Shown here in pieces: positions 43,757-53,861 of a DNA stretch of 64,000 nucleotides. The position numbers and the translations under genes are program-made. Source of the stretch: Defluviicoccus sp. (GTDB lineage: Bacteria > Pseudomonadota > Alphaproteobacteria > MPNO01). The stretch is from NCBI GenBank assembly GCA_028820505.1, contig JAPPIT010000034.1, forward strand, positions 25,565 through 89,564, given 5' to 3'. Below the pieces are notes generated by a model, which saw nothing but the letters and a program-made list of their open reading frames with translations, was not told the DNA's origin and made no database searches. The stretch's first letter is position 1. Every line of letters begins with the position of its first letter.

Positions 43757-44755
43757 TCAAGCCTCCCTTATGAGCCGGTTGCGCAGGACGCCGATACCCT
43801 CGACCTCAAGCTCGATAACGTCGCCGTCGGACAGGTAGCGCTCGAGCTCAAGCCCGCAGCCGCCGCCCACCGTGCCCGAGCCGAAGAACTCGCCGGGGTG
43901 AAGGGTCTCGGATTGCGAGACATGGGCGACAAGGTCCTCGAACGTCCAGTGGATGCTCCCCGAATGCCCGCGCGACCATTCCTCCCCGTTGACGCGGGCG
44001 ATCATGGTGCAGTCATAGGGATCCATCTCGTCGGCGGTCACGATGCAGGGTCCGATGACGTTGCCGGTGTCGAAATCCTTGCCCTTGCCGGGTCCGAGCC
44101 CGCCCGGCATTTCGCGCGCCTGCGCATCGCGCGCCGAGAAATCGTTGAAGATGGAATAGCCGAAGATATGCGCGCGCGCGTCCCGTTTCGCGATATCCCT
44201 GCCGCCCGCGCCGATGAAGAAGCCGAACTCGAGCTCGTAATCCATCACGTCGGCATAGCCCGGCCACAGGACGTCTTCCTCGTGGCCCACCACCGCGAGA
44301 CGGTTGGCCTTGTAGTAGATCGGCTGGCGGTACCAGATCTCCGGGATCTCGAACATGCCCGGGGATCCGTCGCCGCGGGACTTCCTCAAGACCTCGAATG
44401 CGCGCTTGAGGTGTTCCTCGAAGCACAGGCAGTCGCGGATCTGGGGCGGTTCGGGGAGCGGCGTCCGGAGCGCGATCTCCTCCGCCGCCACCACCGCGTC
44501 GGCCCTCGGGCTCGCCGCCGCGAGGCGTGCCGCCGCCAGCGCCTCGTCGCCGGCGCGGATCAGCGCGAGCATCGAATCGAACGCCGGCCCGCCCGGGGAG
44601 ATGCCGAGATCGACGACCGCCTCGTCCCGGTCGATCAGGGCACCCACGCGATCCCGGTTGCCGGTCGCGCCGTGGCGGAACGTAACGAGTCTCACGGCGT
44701 CACCGGCGATGCATCCTCGATCGATCCCTGCGGGTCGGTCGGGAATGTTAGGCAT
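43757..44755 (-). CDS. fumarylacetoacetate hydrolase (FAH) family protein
   Basis: FAH-fold motifs (…EIPEIWYRQPIYYKAN…GHEEDVLWP…ELEFGFFIG…); start set at MPNIPD (ATG 44755). Confidence 0.8.
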   Translation of the reverse strand: MPNIPDRPAGIDRGCIAGDAVRLVTFRHGATGNRDRVGALIDRDEAVVDLGISPGGPAFDSMLALIRAGDEALAAARLAAASPRADAVVAAEEIALRTPLPEPPQIRDCLCFEEHLKRAFEVLRKSRGDGSPGMFEIPEIWYRQPIYYKANRLAVVGHEEDVLWPGYADVMDYELEFGFFIGAGGRDIAKRDARAHIFGYSIFNDFSARDAQAREMPGGLGPGKGKDFDTGNVIGPCIVTADEMDPYDCTMIARVNGEEWSRGHSGSIHWTFEDLVAHVSQSETLHPGEFFGSGTVGGGCGLELERYLSDGDVIELEVEGIGVLRNRLIREA

Positions 44756-44887
44756 CGCCGGTTTCTTCGCCAAGCGGGGCAGGCGGCGGACGGGAAGCCG
44801 CAATTTTGAGAACCGTCGTGCATTTGTTAGGATTTCCGCCTCCACCTTCGAAACGCACCTGTTCGGCGAACGCCGGAGGAGAGACGA

Positions 44888-46532
44888 AGTGTCGTCACGG
44901 GCAATGGAAGACCTGATCGCGCGCGCCGGACTCATGCGCGGGCTTCACACGGGTATGGGACTGGCCGCCAAGGGCATGGTGGTCGCCTTCGTGGTCTTCA
45001 CGGTGCTCAACGTCGAGTTCGCCAACAGCATCTACACGGCCATCCGCGGCTGGATCGAAGCCTCGCTCAGCTGGTACTACATCGTCGTCGTCATGGGGCT
45101 GGTGCTGTTCTGCCTCATCATGATGTTTTCGAGGTTCGGCTCCATCCGGCTGGGTGACGACGACTCGCGGCCGGAGTTCAGCAACTTCTCATGGTTCGCC
45201 ATGCTGTTCTCGGCCGGGGTCGGGATCGGCATCCTGTTCTTCGGGGTCGCCGAGCCGATCTTCTACTTCGACAACTCGGGCGCCTTCGGATACCCCAACA
45301 ACCCTCACGCCGACGTCGCCGGCGCGACGTCGATGGATCTCACCCGCGCGGTCCATGCGATGCGGGTCACCTATTTCCACTGGGGCTTCCACGGCTGGGC
45401 AGTCTATGTGGTGGTCGGCCTCTGCCTCGCCTATTTCGGCTTTCGCAAGAAGCTGCCGTTCACCATGCGCTCGGCGCTCTACCCGATCATCGGCGACAGG
45501 ATCTACGGTCCCATCGGGCACGCCGTCGACCTTCTCGCGGTGTTCGGCACGATCTTCGGCGTCGCGACCTCGCTGGGCCTCGGGGTCAACCAGATGGCGA
45601 CCGGGCTCAACGTGCTGTTCGGCGTCGATCCCGGCCTCACGACGCAGATCCTGCTGATCCTCGTCATCTCGATCGTGGCGACCTTTTCCGCGGTGTCGGG
45701 TGTCGGCAACGGCATCCGGATCATCTCCGAGTGGAACATCTGGCTGTCGCTCATCCTCCTCGCCTTCTTCCTGTTCGGCGGGCCGTTCAAGTGGCTGATG
45801 GGCTTCTTCGTCACCTCGCTCGGCGACTACATCTGGAACGTGATCCCGATGGGGTTCTGGACCGCCGGCACCGAGAAGGAGATCGCCTGGCAGGGCGGCT
45901 GGACGATCTTCTACTGGGGCTGGTGGATCTCATGGGCGCCCTTCGTCGGGCTGTTCATCGCGCGCATCAGCCGCGGCCGCACGATCCGCGAGTTCATGGT
46001 GGGCGTCATGTTCGTCCCCACCACGATCGCCTTCTTCTGGCTCTGCATGTTCGGCGGCAACGCGATCTACATGGAGCTCAACGCGGCCGGCGGCGTGGGC
46101 ACCGCCGGCGTCGTCGATCTGGTGAAGGCGTGGAACCTGCCGGCGGCGCTCTACGGCACCATCGAACGCCTGACCGACATCTCGACCCTGCAATGGATCA
46201 TGTCCGCGCTCGCGACCTTCCTGCTGGCGACGTGGTTCATCACCTCGTCCGATTCCGGGACGCTGGTGATCACCACGATGCTCTCGATGGGGAACGACGA
46301 CCCGCCGCAGCGCTTCCGCATCGTTTGGGGGCTGGGCGAGGGGTTCGTGGCCGCTGTGCTGCTGCTCGCGGGTGGGCTGAAGGCGCTTCAGACGGCGTCG
46401 ATCGCGGCGGCGCTGCCGATCTCGGTGATCATGATCTTCATGGCCTACGGGCTCTTGAAGTCGCTCTCGGAGGACAGCTCGGCGGTTGCCGCACCCGCTC
46501 CAGCGCAGGAACCGGAAGAAGCACCGGGCTAA
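44888..46532 (+). CDS. BCCT-family (betaine/carnitine/choline) transporter
   Basis: 12-TM protein with the BCCT signature region (…GWTIFYWGWWISWAPFVGLFIARISRGRTIREF…); GTG 44888 six nt after GGAGGAGAG (the ATG at 44904 is an alternative). Confidence 0.9.
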
Positions 46533-46545
46533 GGAGAGTCGCCGG

Positions 46546-47085
46546 TCACCGCGTATCGGCGTACTCGAGCGCGGCGTCCTCAAGCCAGTCTCGCGCGAAT
46601 TCCGCGTAGCTTCGGGGCACGGTGAGCTCGTAAAGCGGGTCGTTTCCCGGGCGGTGCAGCAGCACCGGGACCTTGGCGAGCAGGCTGCGCGCGCAGCAGC
46701 CCGCGCGGAACCTCTCGGGGTCGAGGTCGAGCGTCATCCCCTTGGCCAGCAGATCCCGTGCCCTGGGGCCGGTTAGCGACCATGTGACGCTGCCGGCTCC
46801 CGCGACAGCGATCGAGGCGTGGCGATCCGAAAGGGATTCCTCCAGCGCCCGCGCAACAGCGTGCTCCGCTTCGGCCGGGACTTCGATCAGCCAGGCGTCG
46901 GGGCCCAGCCACAGAATGACGGTATCGGCCCACGAGCGGCTCCTGTTGGGTGTCGGAGGCGGTTCCAGCCCGAGAGCGTTCGAGGCCGCTTCGACGAACG
47001 CTCCGTCGCCCGGGTCGCCGCGCAGTTCGATCCGGCCGCGCGGCGGGCAGACGCGGAACTCTACGCCGCGCGCGGGCTCAGCCAT
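46546..47085 (-). CDS. soxG: sarcosine oxidase gamma subunit
   Basis: 179 aa; position and size as the last gene of a soxBDAG operon; overlaps the soxA stop. Confidence 0.7.
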   Translation of the reverse strand: MAEPARGVEFRVCPPRGRIELRGDPGDGAFVEAASNALGLEPPPTPNRSRSWADTVILWLGPDAWLIEVPAEAEHAVARALEESLSDRHASIAVAGAGSVTWSLTGPRARDLLAKGMTLDLDPERFRAGCCARSLLAKVPVLLHRPGNDPLYELTVPRSYAEFARDWLEDAALEYADTR

Positions 47086-50008
47086 TCAGGCGCTCCCCTT
47101 CGGGGTCGTAGAACTTCGGATCGCAGATTTCCGCGCGAACGGTGCGGTCGTCGAGCGGCACGTGGACGGTGCCCGGCGCCCGGTCGCGCCCGCCTTTGAC
47201 CAGCGCCAGCGCGATGGAGCGCCCGAGCGTTGCGCTCCGGTAGCTCGACGTGACGTGGCCGATCATGGTCTCCGGCGCGCCCGACGGGGGTTCGGCGAGG
47301 ATTTGCGCGCCCTCCGGCAGCACCGTCGCCGGATCCTCGGTCCGAAGCCCGACCAACCGCTTGCGCATCGGGTCGCGCATTGCGCTGCGGGCGAGCGAGC
47401 GGCGGCCGATGAAGTCCTTCTTCTTGTTCAACATCCATCCCATGTCGAGATCGAGCGGCGTCACCGTGCCGTCGGTTTCCTGGCCGATCATCAGGTAGCC
47501 CTTTTCCGCGCGCAGCACATGCATCGCCTCGGTGCCGAACGGGGTCACCTCGTGCGTCATGAGCGCCGCCCAGAGATCCGTCGCGTCGCCGGCGGACACG
47601 ACGATCTCGTATGACACCTCGCCCGTATAGCTGATCCGGAACACGCGCGCCGGCAGCCCCGCCACGCGGCCCTCGCGCCAGGCCATGAAGGGGAAGACAT
47701 CGGGCGCCGGATCGATGTCGTCGGTCAGCGCTCCGAGAAGCTTCCTGGAGTCCGGTCCTGCCAGCGCCACGGTGGCGAACTGTTCGGTAAGCGACGTCAG
47801 GTAAACCTCCAGATCGGGCCATTCGGTCTGCAGCCACTCTTCCAGCCAGGCGAACACGCGCGCCGCGTTGCCGGTCGTGGTGGTCGTAAGGAACCGGTTC
47901 TCGGAGAGGCATGCCGTGACCCCGTCGTCGAGAACCATGCCGTCCTCACCGAGCATCAGCCCGTAGCGGCATCGCCCCGGCGCCAGCCCGTCCCAGGCAT
48001 TGGTGTAGACGCGGTTCAGGAACTCTCTCGCGTCCGGGCCGCAGACCAGTATCTTGCCGAGCGTGCTGGCATCCATGATGCCGGCGGCGTTACGCACGGC
48101 CAGGCATTCTCGCGCGACCGCTTCGTCCTTCGTCTCCCCCTCTTGCGGGTAGTAGAAGGGGCGCTTCCACTGGCCCACGTCCTCGAAAACGGCGCCGTTC
48201 TCCTCGTGCCACGCGTGCAGGGGCGTCCGGCGCACCGGGTCGGCCAGGGGACCTACGTCGCGGCCGGCGATGGCGCCGAAGGCGACCGGTTCGTAGGGTG
48301 GGCGGAAGGTGGTCGTGCCCACCTCCGGGATCGAGAGGCCGAGGGTCCCGGCGAGTATCGCGAGCCCGGGCACGTTTCCCGTCTTGCCCTGGTCGGTCCC
48401 CATGCCCAGCGTGGTGTATCGCTTGAGGTGCTCTACCGACTCGTAGCCCTCGCGCGCCGCGAGTTCGATATCGGCCGCGGTCACGTCGTTCTGGAAATCG
48501 ACGAACCGCCTTGCCTCGCCGGCCCGGCTTCGCGCGGGTACCGCCCACGAAACGGGCGCGGCGGGCTGTACCGGTCCTGGCGCCCCGGGCTCTCCCGCGC
48601 CGGCGGCGTGCCCCTCCGCGATGCAGGACGCCGTGTCGAACGCGCCGTTGGAAGCGCCGGCGCATCGTGCCGCTTGCGGGGAAACGTCGGGCAGGAACGC
48701 GCGGAGCGCCGCGTCGTAGCGCAATGTTCCTCCCGACTGGGAGAACAGGTGCACCGCAGGGCTCCAGCCTCCCGACATCGCGATCAGATCGCAGGGCAGT
48801 GCGCTGACGGTTCCGGCCAGCGACCCGTCGTCATTGAGCCGGGCGACGCGGGCGGCACGTACCCGGCGCCGCCCGGCGGTATCGATGACCGCATGGCCGC
48901 TCAGAATATTCAGCCCGGCTTCGCGTGCCTCCGCGCATTGCGTTCCGTCCCCGTCGGGCCGGAGATCGACGATCGCGGCGATCTCCACGCCGTGGCGGTG
49001 GAGATCGAGGGCCGCGGCGTAGGCGCTGTCGTTGTCGGTTACGACGACCGCGCGCCGGCCGGGAAGGACGGCGAAGCGGTTGACGTAGGCCCGGGCGGCG
49101 CCGGCCAGCATCGTTCCCGGCCGGTCGTTGTTGGCGAATACCAGCGGTCGCTCCAGCGCCCCCGTCGCCAGCACCACCCGGCCGGCGCGGATACGCCACA
49201 GGCGCTGGCGCGGCAGGTGCGCCGGCGCGGCGGGGCCCAGATGGTCGGTAACCCGTTCAAGCGCGATCAGGAAGTTGTGGTCGTAGTATCCGGTCACGAC
49301 GGTCCGGGTGAGGACGCGAACGTTGTCCATCGCCTCCAGCCCGGCCGTCGCCTCGCCGTGCCCGCCGGCATCGGCCGAGCCCAGCAGCATGCCGCCGGGC
49401 GGGCAGTCCTCATCGGCGAGGATCACCCGCGCGCCGCTCCGTCCCGCCGCCTCCGCCGCGGCGAGGCCGGCAGGCCCGGCGCCCACGACGAGCACGTCGC
49501 AATGCGCGTTCATGCGTTCGTAGCGGTCGGGGTCGGGGCCGTCCGGAGCGCGCCCCAGCCCTGCCATCCGGCGGATGAACGGTTCGTAGAGGTGCCAGCC
49601 GCGATGCGGCCACATGAACGTCTTGTAGTAGAACCCCGCCGGGATCAGCCGGTGCGCGAAGCCGTTGACCGCGGCCAGGTCGAACCACGGGCCGGGCCAG
49701 CAGTTCACGCTGCGGGCGGCGAGGCCCTCGTACAGCTCGACCCGGGTGGCCTTGAGATTGGGCAAGCCGCTCGCCCCGGAGCCGAGTTGCACGATCGCAT
49801 TGGGCTCCTCGGTGCCCGCCGACAGGATGCCGCGCGGCCTGTGGTACTTGAAGCTGCGCCCGACCAGATGCACGCCGTTCGCCAGCAGCGCGGAGGCCAG
49901 GGTATCCCCGGCGAATCCGGTGTATCGCCGCCCGTTGAAGGAAAAGCCGAGCGGCCGCGAGCGGTCGATGGCGCCGCCTTCGGGCAGGCGGTGCGGCTGT
50001 GCCGTCAT
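47078..50008 (-). CDS. soxA: sarcosine oxidase alpha subunit
   Basis: About 976 aa; N-terminal 2Fe-2S/NAD region, FAD dinucleotide fold (DVLVVGAGPAGLAAA), C-terminal GcvT-like aminomethyltransferase domain; ATG 50008 overlaps the soxD stop (ATGA). Confidence 0.9.
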   Translation of the reverse strand: MTAQPHRLPEGGAIDRSRPLGFSFNGRRYTGFAGDTLASALLANGVHLVGRSFKYHRPRGILSAGTEEPNAIVQLGSGASGLPNLKATRVELYEGLAARSVNCWPGPWFDLAAVNGFAHRLIPAGFYYKTFMWPHRGWHLYEPFIRRMAGLGRAPDGPDPDRYERMNAHCDVLVVGAGPAGLAAAEAAGRSGARVILADEDCPPGGMLLGSADAGGHGEATAGLEAMDNVRVLTRTVVTGYYDHNFLIALERVTDHLGPAAPAHLPRQRLWRIRAGRVVLATGALERPLVFANNDRPGTMLAGAARAYVNRFAVLPGRRAVVVTDNDSAYAAALDLHRHGVEIAAIVDLRPDGDGTQCAEAREAGLNILSGHAVIDTAGRRRVRAARVARLNDDGSLAGTVSALPCDLIAMSGGWSPAVHLFSQSGGTLRYDAALRAFLPDVSPQAARCAGASNGAFDTASCIAEGHAAGAGEPGAPGPVQPAAPVSWAVPARSRAGEARRFVDFQNDVTAADIELAAREGYESVEHLKRYTTLGMGTDQGKTGNVPGLAILAGTLGLSIPEVGTTTFRPPYEPVAFGAIAGRDVGPLADPVRRTPLHAWHEENGAVFEDVGQWKRPFYYPQEGETKDEAVARECLAVRNAAGIMDASTLGKILVCGPDAREFLNRVYTNAWDGLAPGRCRYGLMLGEDGMVLDDGVTACLSENRFLTTTTTGNAARVFAWLEEWLQTEWPDLEVYLTSLTEQFATVALAGPDSRKLLGALTDDIDPAPDVFPFMAWREGRVAGLPARVFRISYTGEVSYEIVVSAGDATDLWAALMTHEVTPFGTEAMHVLRAEKGYLMIGQETDGTVTPLDLDMGWMLNKKKDFIGRRSLARSAMRDPMRKRLVGLRTEDPATVLPEGAQILAEPPSGAPETMIGHVTSSYRSATLGRSIALALVKGGRDRAPGTVHVPLDDRTVRAEICDPKFYDPEGERLNG

Positions 50009-50286
50009 GGCGCGTCCTTCGGTGGCGGCTCGCCCATGCGATAGACCGAAAGGATGCGATGGGTGACGGTGTCGCGCTCGACGTTGAACCAGCGCCCGCA
50101 GCCATGGGTATGGCACCAGCGCTCGCGCTGGCTCCCCTTCGGGTTGGTCCGCATGAACAGGTAGTCGGCCCATTCCGCATCGTTCAGTGCGTCCGGATCG
50201 GGCGGACGCGCGATGTGCGCCTCGCCGCCGCAGGCGAACTCGCTCTCGTCCCGCTCTCCGCACCAGGGGCAGGGGATCAGCAGCAC
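50005..50286 (-). CDS. soxD: sarcosine oxidase delta subunit
   Basis: 93 aa with CPWCGERDESEF…WCHTHGCGRWF zinc-ribbon-like SoxD signature. Confidence 0.85.
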   Translation of the reverse strand: MLLIPCPWCGERDESEFACGGEAHIARPPDPDALNDAEWADYLFMRTNPKGSQRERWCHTHGCGRWFNVERDTVTHRILSVYRMGEPPPKDAP

Positions 50287-50293
50287 GGCCGCC

Positions 50294-51550
50294 TCAATGC
50301 GCCACCGCCGCAGCGCCGTGCTCGTCGATCAGCGCGCCGCTCGCGAACCGTTCGAGCGCGAAGGGCGCGTTCAGCGCGTGCGGCCGATCCTGGGCGATGG
50401 TGTGGGCGAACGCCCAGCCCGATCCCGGCGTCGCCTTGAACCCGCCGGTGCCCCAGCCGCAGTTGATGTAGAGCCCGTCTACCGGCGTCTTGCCGACGAT
50501 GGGGCTCGCATCCGGGCAAACATCGACGATGCCGCCCCACTGGCGCAGCATGCGGAGCCGCGAGAAGATCGGGAACAGCTCGACCAGCGCGCCCATCTGG
50601 CCTTCCACGATCTGGAAGCTGCCGCGCTGGGAATAGGAGTTGTAGCCGTCCATCCCGGCGCCGATCACCAGCTCGCCCTTGTCGGACTGGCTGACATAGA
50701 CGTGGACGGCGTTCGACATCACCACGCCGTGCAGGATCGGCTTGATCGGCTCCGAGACCATGGCCTGGAGAGTGTGGCTCTCGATCGGCAGCCGGAGGCC
50801 CGCCATCGCCGCGAGGACGCTCGAATGTCCTGCCGCGACCAGCCCGACCTTGTTCGCCGCGATCCTGCCCCGCGACGTCCGGAGGCCCGTCACCCGGCCG
50901 CCCGACACGTCGATCCCGGTCACCTCGCAGTTCTGGACGATGTCCACGCCCCGCGCGTCCGCGGCCCGGGCGAAGCCCCAGGCGACCGCATCGTGCCGGG
51001 CGATGCCGCCCCGCCTCTGTATCGATGCGCCGAGGATGGGGTACCGCACGTCCGGCGAGGTATTGACGATCGGCACTTCGGCCTTGACCCCCGCCGGGTC
51101 GAGGACCTCCGAATCGATGCCGTTCAGGCGGATCGCCCGGACCCTGCGGGAAAGCTCCTTCAGATCGTGCTCGTTGTGGGCCAGGTTCAGGACGCCGCGC
51201 TGGCTCAGCATGATGTTGAAGTTGAGCTCGCGGCTCAGGCCCTCGTATAGCTTGAGCGACTTCTCGTAGAGATGCGCGCTCTCGTCCCACAGATAGTTGG
51301 ACCGGATGATCGTGGTGTTGCGCCCGGTGTTCCCGCCGCCCAGCCAGCCCTTTTCGAGGACGGCGATGCTGCCAGCATCGTGCTCCCTGGCCAGGTAGTA
51401 GGCCGTCGCCAGCCCGTGCCCGCCGCCGCCGACGATGACGACATCGTACGAGGGCTGTGGCTCCGGGCTGCGCCACGCCCGCGACCAGCTCCTGTGATAG
51501 CCGAGCGCGTTGCGGGCAAGGCTGAATATCGAATAGCGCGGCGAGGTCAC
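50294..51550 (-). CDS. soxB: sarcosine oxidase beta subunit
   Basis: 418 aa; FAD fold ([19 protein letters not shown]) and DAO-family sequence; first gene of soxBDAG. Confidence 0.9.
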   Translation of the reverse strand: MTSPRYSIFSLARNALGYHRSWSRAWRSPEPQPSYDVVIVGGGGHGLATAYYLAREHDAGSIAVLEKGWLGGGNTGRNTTIIRSNYLWDESAHLYEKSLKLYEGLSRELNFNIMLSQRGVLNLAHNEHDLKELSRRVRAIRLNGIDSEVLDPAGVKAEVPIVNTSPDVRYPILGASIQRRGGIARHDAVAWGFARAADARGVDIVQNCEVTGIDVSGGRVTGLRTSRGRIAANKVGLVAAGHSSVLAAMAGLRLPIESHTLQAMVSEPIKPILHGVVMSNAVHVYVSQSDKGELVIGAGMDGYNSYSQRGSFQIVEGQMGALVELFPIFSRLRMLRQWGGIVDVCPDASPIVGKTPVDGLYINCGWGTGGFKATPGSGWAFAHTIAQDRPHALNAPFALERFASGALIDEHGAAAVAH

Positions 51551-51609
51551 CTCAACCCCTAATGCTCCCCATTCGCGCGGTCATGTGCGTCGGGCCGATC
51601 GCCCGGCGC

Positions 51610-52614
51610 CTACAACTCGATAACGATCTTGCCGAAATGGCCCGCCGCTTCCATACAGCGGTAGGCCTCCCGGGAATCGGCGAAGGCGAAGCGCCGGTCG
51701 ATCGCCGGTTTCACGCCGCCCGCCTCGATCGCGGCGTTCATGTCGAGGAACATGGCCCGGCTGCCGACATAGATGCCGTTCAGGCGAAGCGACTTGCGCA
51801 GCATTGGCGTCGGATCGATCGTGCCCCGGGTCAGCACGCCGATCATCGCGATGTGGCCGCCCAAGCGGACCGCTTCGATGGATTGCCCAAGCGTGCCGCC
51901 GCCGCCGACCTCGACGACATGGTCCACGCCCGCGCCGCCGGTCACCTCCCGCACCGCCGCGGCCCAGTCCGGCGTCCGGGCGTAGTTGATCGTCCGCCAT
52001 GCCCCCATGTCCCGCGCGCGGGCCAGCTTGTCGTCGCTCTTCGAGGTGACGATCGCCCGCGCGCGCGCCAGGGCGCAGAACTGCAGCGCGAAGATCGAAA
52101 CGCCGCCGGTGCCGAGCAGTAGCACCGTGTCGCCCGCCTTGAGGCGGCCCTTCTCGATCAGCGCGTTCCACGCCGTCAGCGCGGCGCAGGGGAGCGTCGC
52201 CGCCTCCGCGTAGTCCAGATTGGCCGGGACGGGCACGACGCCCTCGGCGTTCAGCACGACCTCTTCGGCGAGCATTCCGTCGAGCGCTCCGCCGAGCGCG
52301 CTCGCCATGGCCGCGGCCGATATGCCGCCCGCAGCCCAGTTCTGGAAGAAGCATCCCGCGACCCGGTCGCCTTCGGCGATGCCCGGGACGCCTGGGCCGA
52401 CCGCCGTCACGTCGCCCGCGCCATCCGAATTCGGAACGCGCGGATAGGCGAACCCCCTCTGCGCGGGTGCCCGCACGGTGCTCAGATCGCGGTAGTTGAT
52501 CGAATTGGCCCGCACCCGGACCCTGACCTGCCCGGGGCCGGGTTCGGGCGAGGGCCGTTCGGCCAATTCGAGGGCGTCGATGCCGCCCTCGCCGACAATC
52601 TGCCAGACTTTCAT
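51610..52614 (-). CDS. zinc-type (MDR family) NAD(P)-dependent alcohol dehydrogenase / quinone oxidoreductase
   Basis: 334 aa; GAGDVTAVGPGV…; GTGGVSIFALQFC Rossmann region; 59 nt upstream of soxB on the same strand. Confidence 0.8.
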   Translation of the reverse strand: MKVWQIVGEGGIDALELAERPSPEPGPGQVRVRVRANSINYRDLSTVRAPAQRGFAYPRVPNSDGAGDVTAVGPGVPGIAEGDRVAGCFFQNWAAGGISAAAMASALGGALDGMLAEEVVLNAEGVVPVPANLDYAEAATLPCAALTAWNALIEKGRLKAGDTVLLLGTGGVSIFALQFCALARARAIVTSKSDDKLARARDMGAWRTINYARTPDWAAAVREVTGGAGVDHVVEVGGGGTLGQSIEAVRLGGHIAMIGVLTRGTIDPTPMLRKSLRLNGIYVGSRAMFLDMNAAIEAGGVKPAIDRRFAFADSREAYRCMEAAGHFGKIVIEL

Positions 52615-52739
52615 GAGTCGCTCCGTGTTGGGCTGTGAAGGATATTGGCTCGGGCGGGGTCAAGATAGTCGAGACGGCGCCTCTCTTGGGCGCTAGGCTG
52701 GGCCCCACGAGACCGGAGGCAACACGAAGGACGACCGCC

Positions 52740-53807
52740 ATGAGCGACGACACGATCGCGCCGTTCCTGAGAAACGCTTGGTACGTTGCCGCCTGGCCGG
52801 AAGAGATCGGCGAGGAGCCGCTCGCCCGGACGATCATGAACGAGCCCATCGTCCTGTTCCGCGACACGGACGGCAGGGCGGCCGCGCTGGAGGACCGGTG
52901 CTGCCACCGCGGCGCGCCGCTCACCCACGGGACCGTCGTGGCCGACGGGATCGAGTGCGGCTATCACGGGCTGGTCTACGACAGGACGGGGCGATGCGTC
53001 CGCATCCCGGGCCAGGAGCGGATCGCCGGCGAGGCGCGGGTAAAAAGCTACCCCGTCGTGGAGCGGCAGCAATTCGTCTGGATCTGGATGGGCGATCCGG
53101 CGCTCGCCGACGAGGGCGCGATCCTCGATTTTCCGTACCACGACCAGCCGGACCGCTGGCCGCACCGGCGCGCGATGTTCCGCATTGCCGCCAACTACAT
53201 GATGATGATCGACAATCTGATGGACCTGTCGCATCTGGGCTATCTGCACGCCCGGACCATCGGCGGGTCCGGATTGGCCCATTCCACCGCCGAAATGAAG
53301 GTCGAGCGGCGACCGACGGGCGTCCTGCTGACCCGCGAGATGCACGCGATGCCGCCGCCGCCCACCTTCGTCAAGGCGGTCGGCTTCGAGGGGCCGATCG
53401 ACCGGCGCCAGGAGTTCGAATACGTCGCGCCGGCCGCGGTTCTCCAGTGGGCGAGCGCGGTCGATACCGGCAAGGACCTCAAGGACGAAAGCGATCCGGG
53501 CGGCTTCCGGAACCGACTGTTCCACGGCGCGACGCCGGAGACCGAATCGAGCTTCCACTATTTCTGGTCGGCGGCGATCGGTTACCGGACCGACGAACCG
53601 CAAGCCGTCGACGAGTTCTTCCAGGAAGTCCATGCGACCTTCCTCGAGGACAAGGCGATCATGGAGGCGCAGCAGGCCCGCATCGGGCTGGAGCCGGACC
53701 GCGAGCTGGTGGCGATCCGCGCCGACAACGCCGTCGTCGCGGCGCGCCGGCATCTCCAGCATCTGCTGGACGGCGAGAACGCGTCCCCGGCGGTCGCGGC
53801 GGAATAG
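52740..53807 (+). CDS. Rieske oxygenase, vanillate O-demethylase oxygenase (VanA)-like
   Basis: NAWYVAAWPEEI N-terminal motif; CCHRG…CGYHGL Rieske motif; GAAGGA SD before the ATG at 52740. Confidence 0.85.
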   Translation: MSDDTIAPFLRNAWYVAAWPEEIGEEPLARTIMNEPIVLFRDTDGRAAALEDRCCHRGAPLTHGTVVADGIECGYHGLVYDRTGRCVRIPGQERIAGEARVKSYPVVERQQFVWIWMGDPALADEGAILDFPYHDQPDRWPHRRAMFRIAANYMMMIDNLMDLSHLGYLHARTIGGSGLAHSTAEMKVERRPTGVLLTREMHAMPPPPTFVKAVGFEGPIDRRQEFEYVAPAAVLQWASAVDTGKDLKDESDPGGFRNRLFHGATPETESSFHYFWSAAIGYRTDEPQAVDEFFQEVHATFLEDKAIMEAQQARIGLEPDRELVAIRADNAVVAARRHLQHLLDGENASPAVAAE

Positions 53808-53861
53808 CGCTCGTCCGGCGCGAGGGTCGGCTTCCTCACCGCGGGCACGGTTCGATCGCGA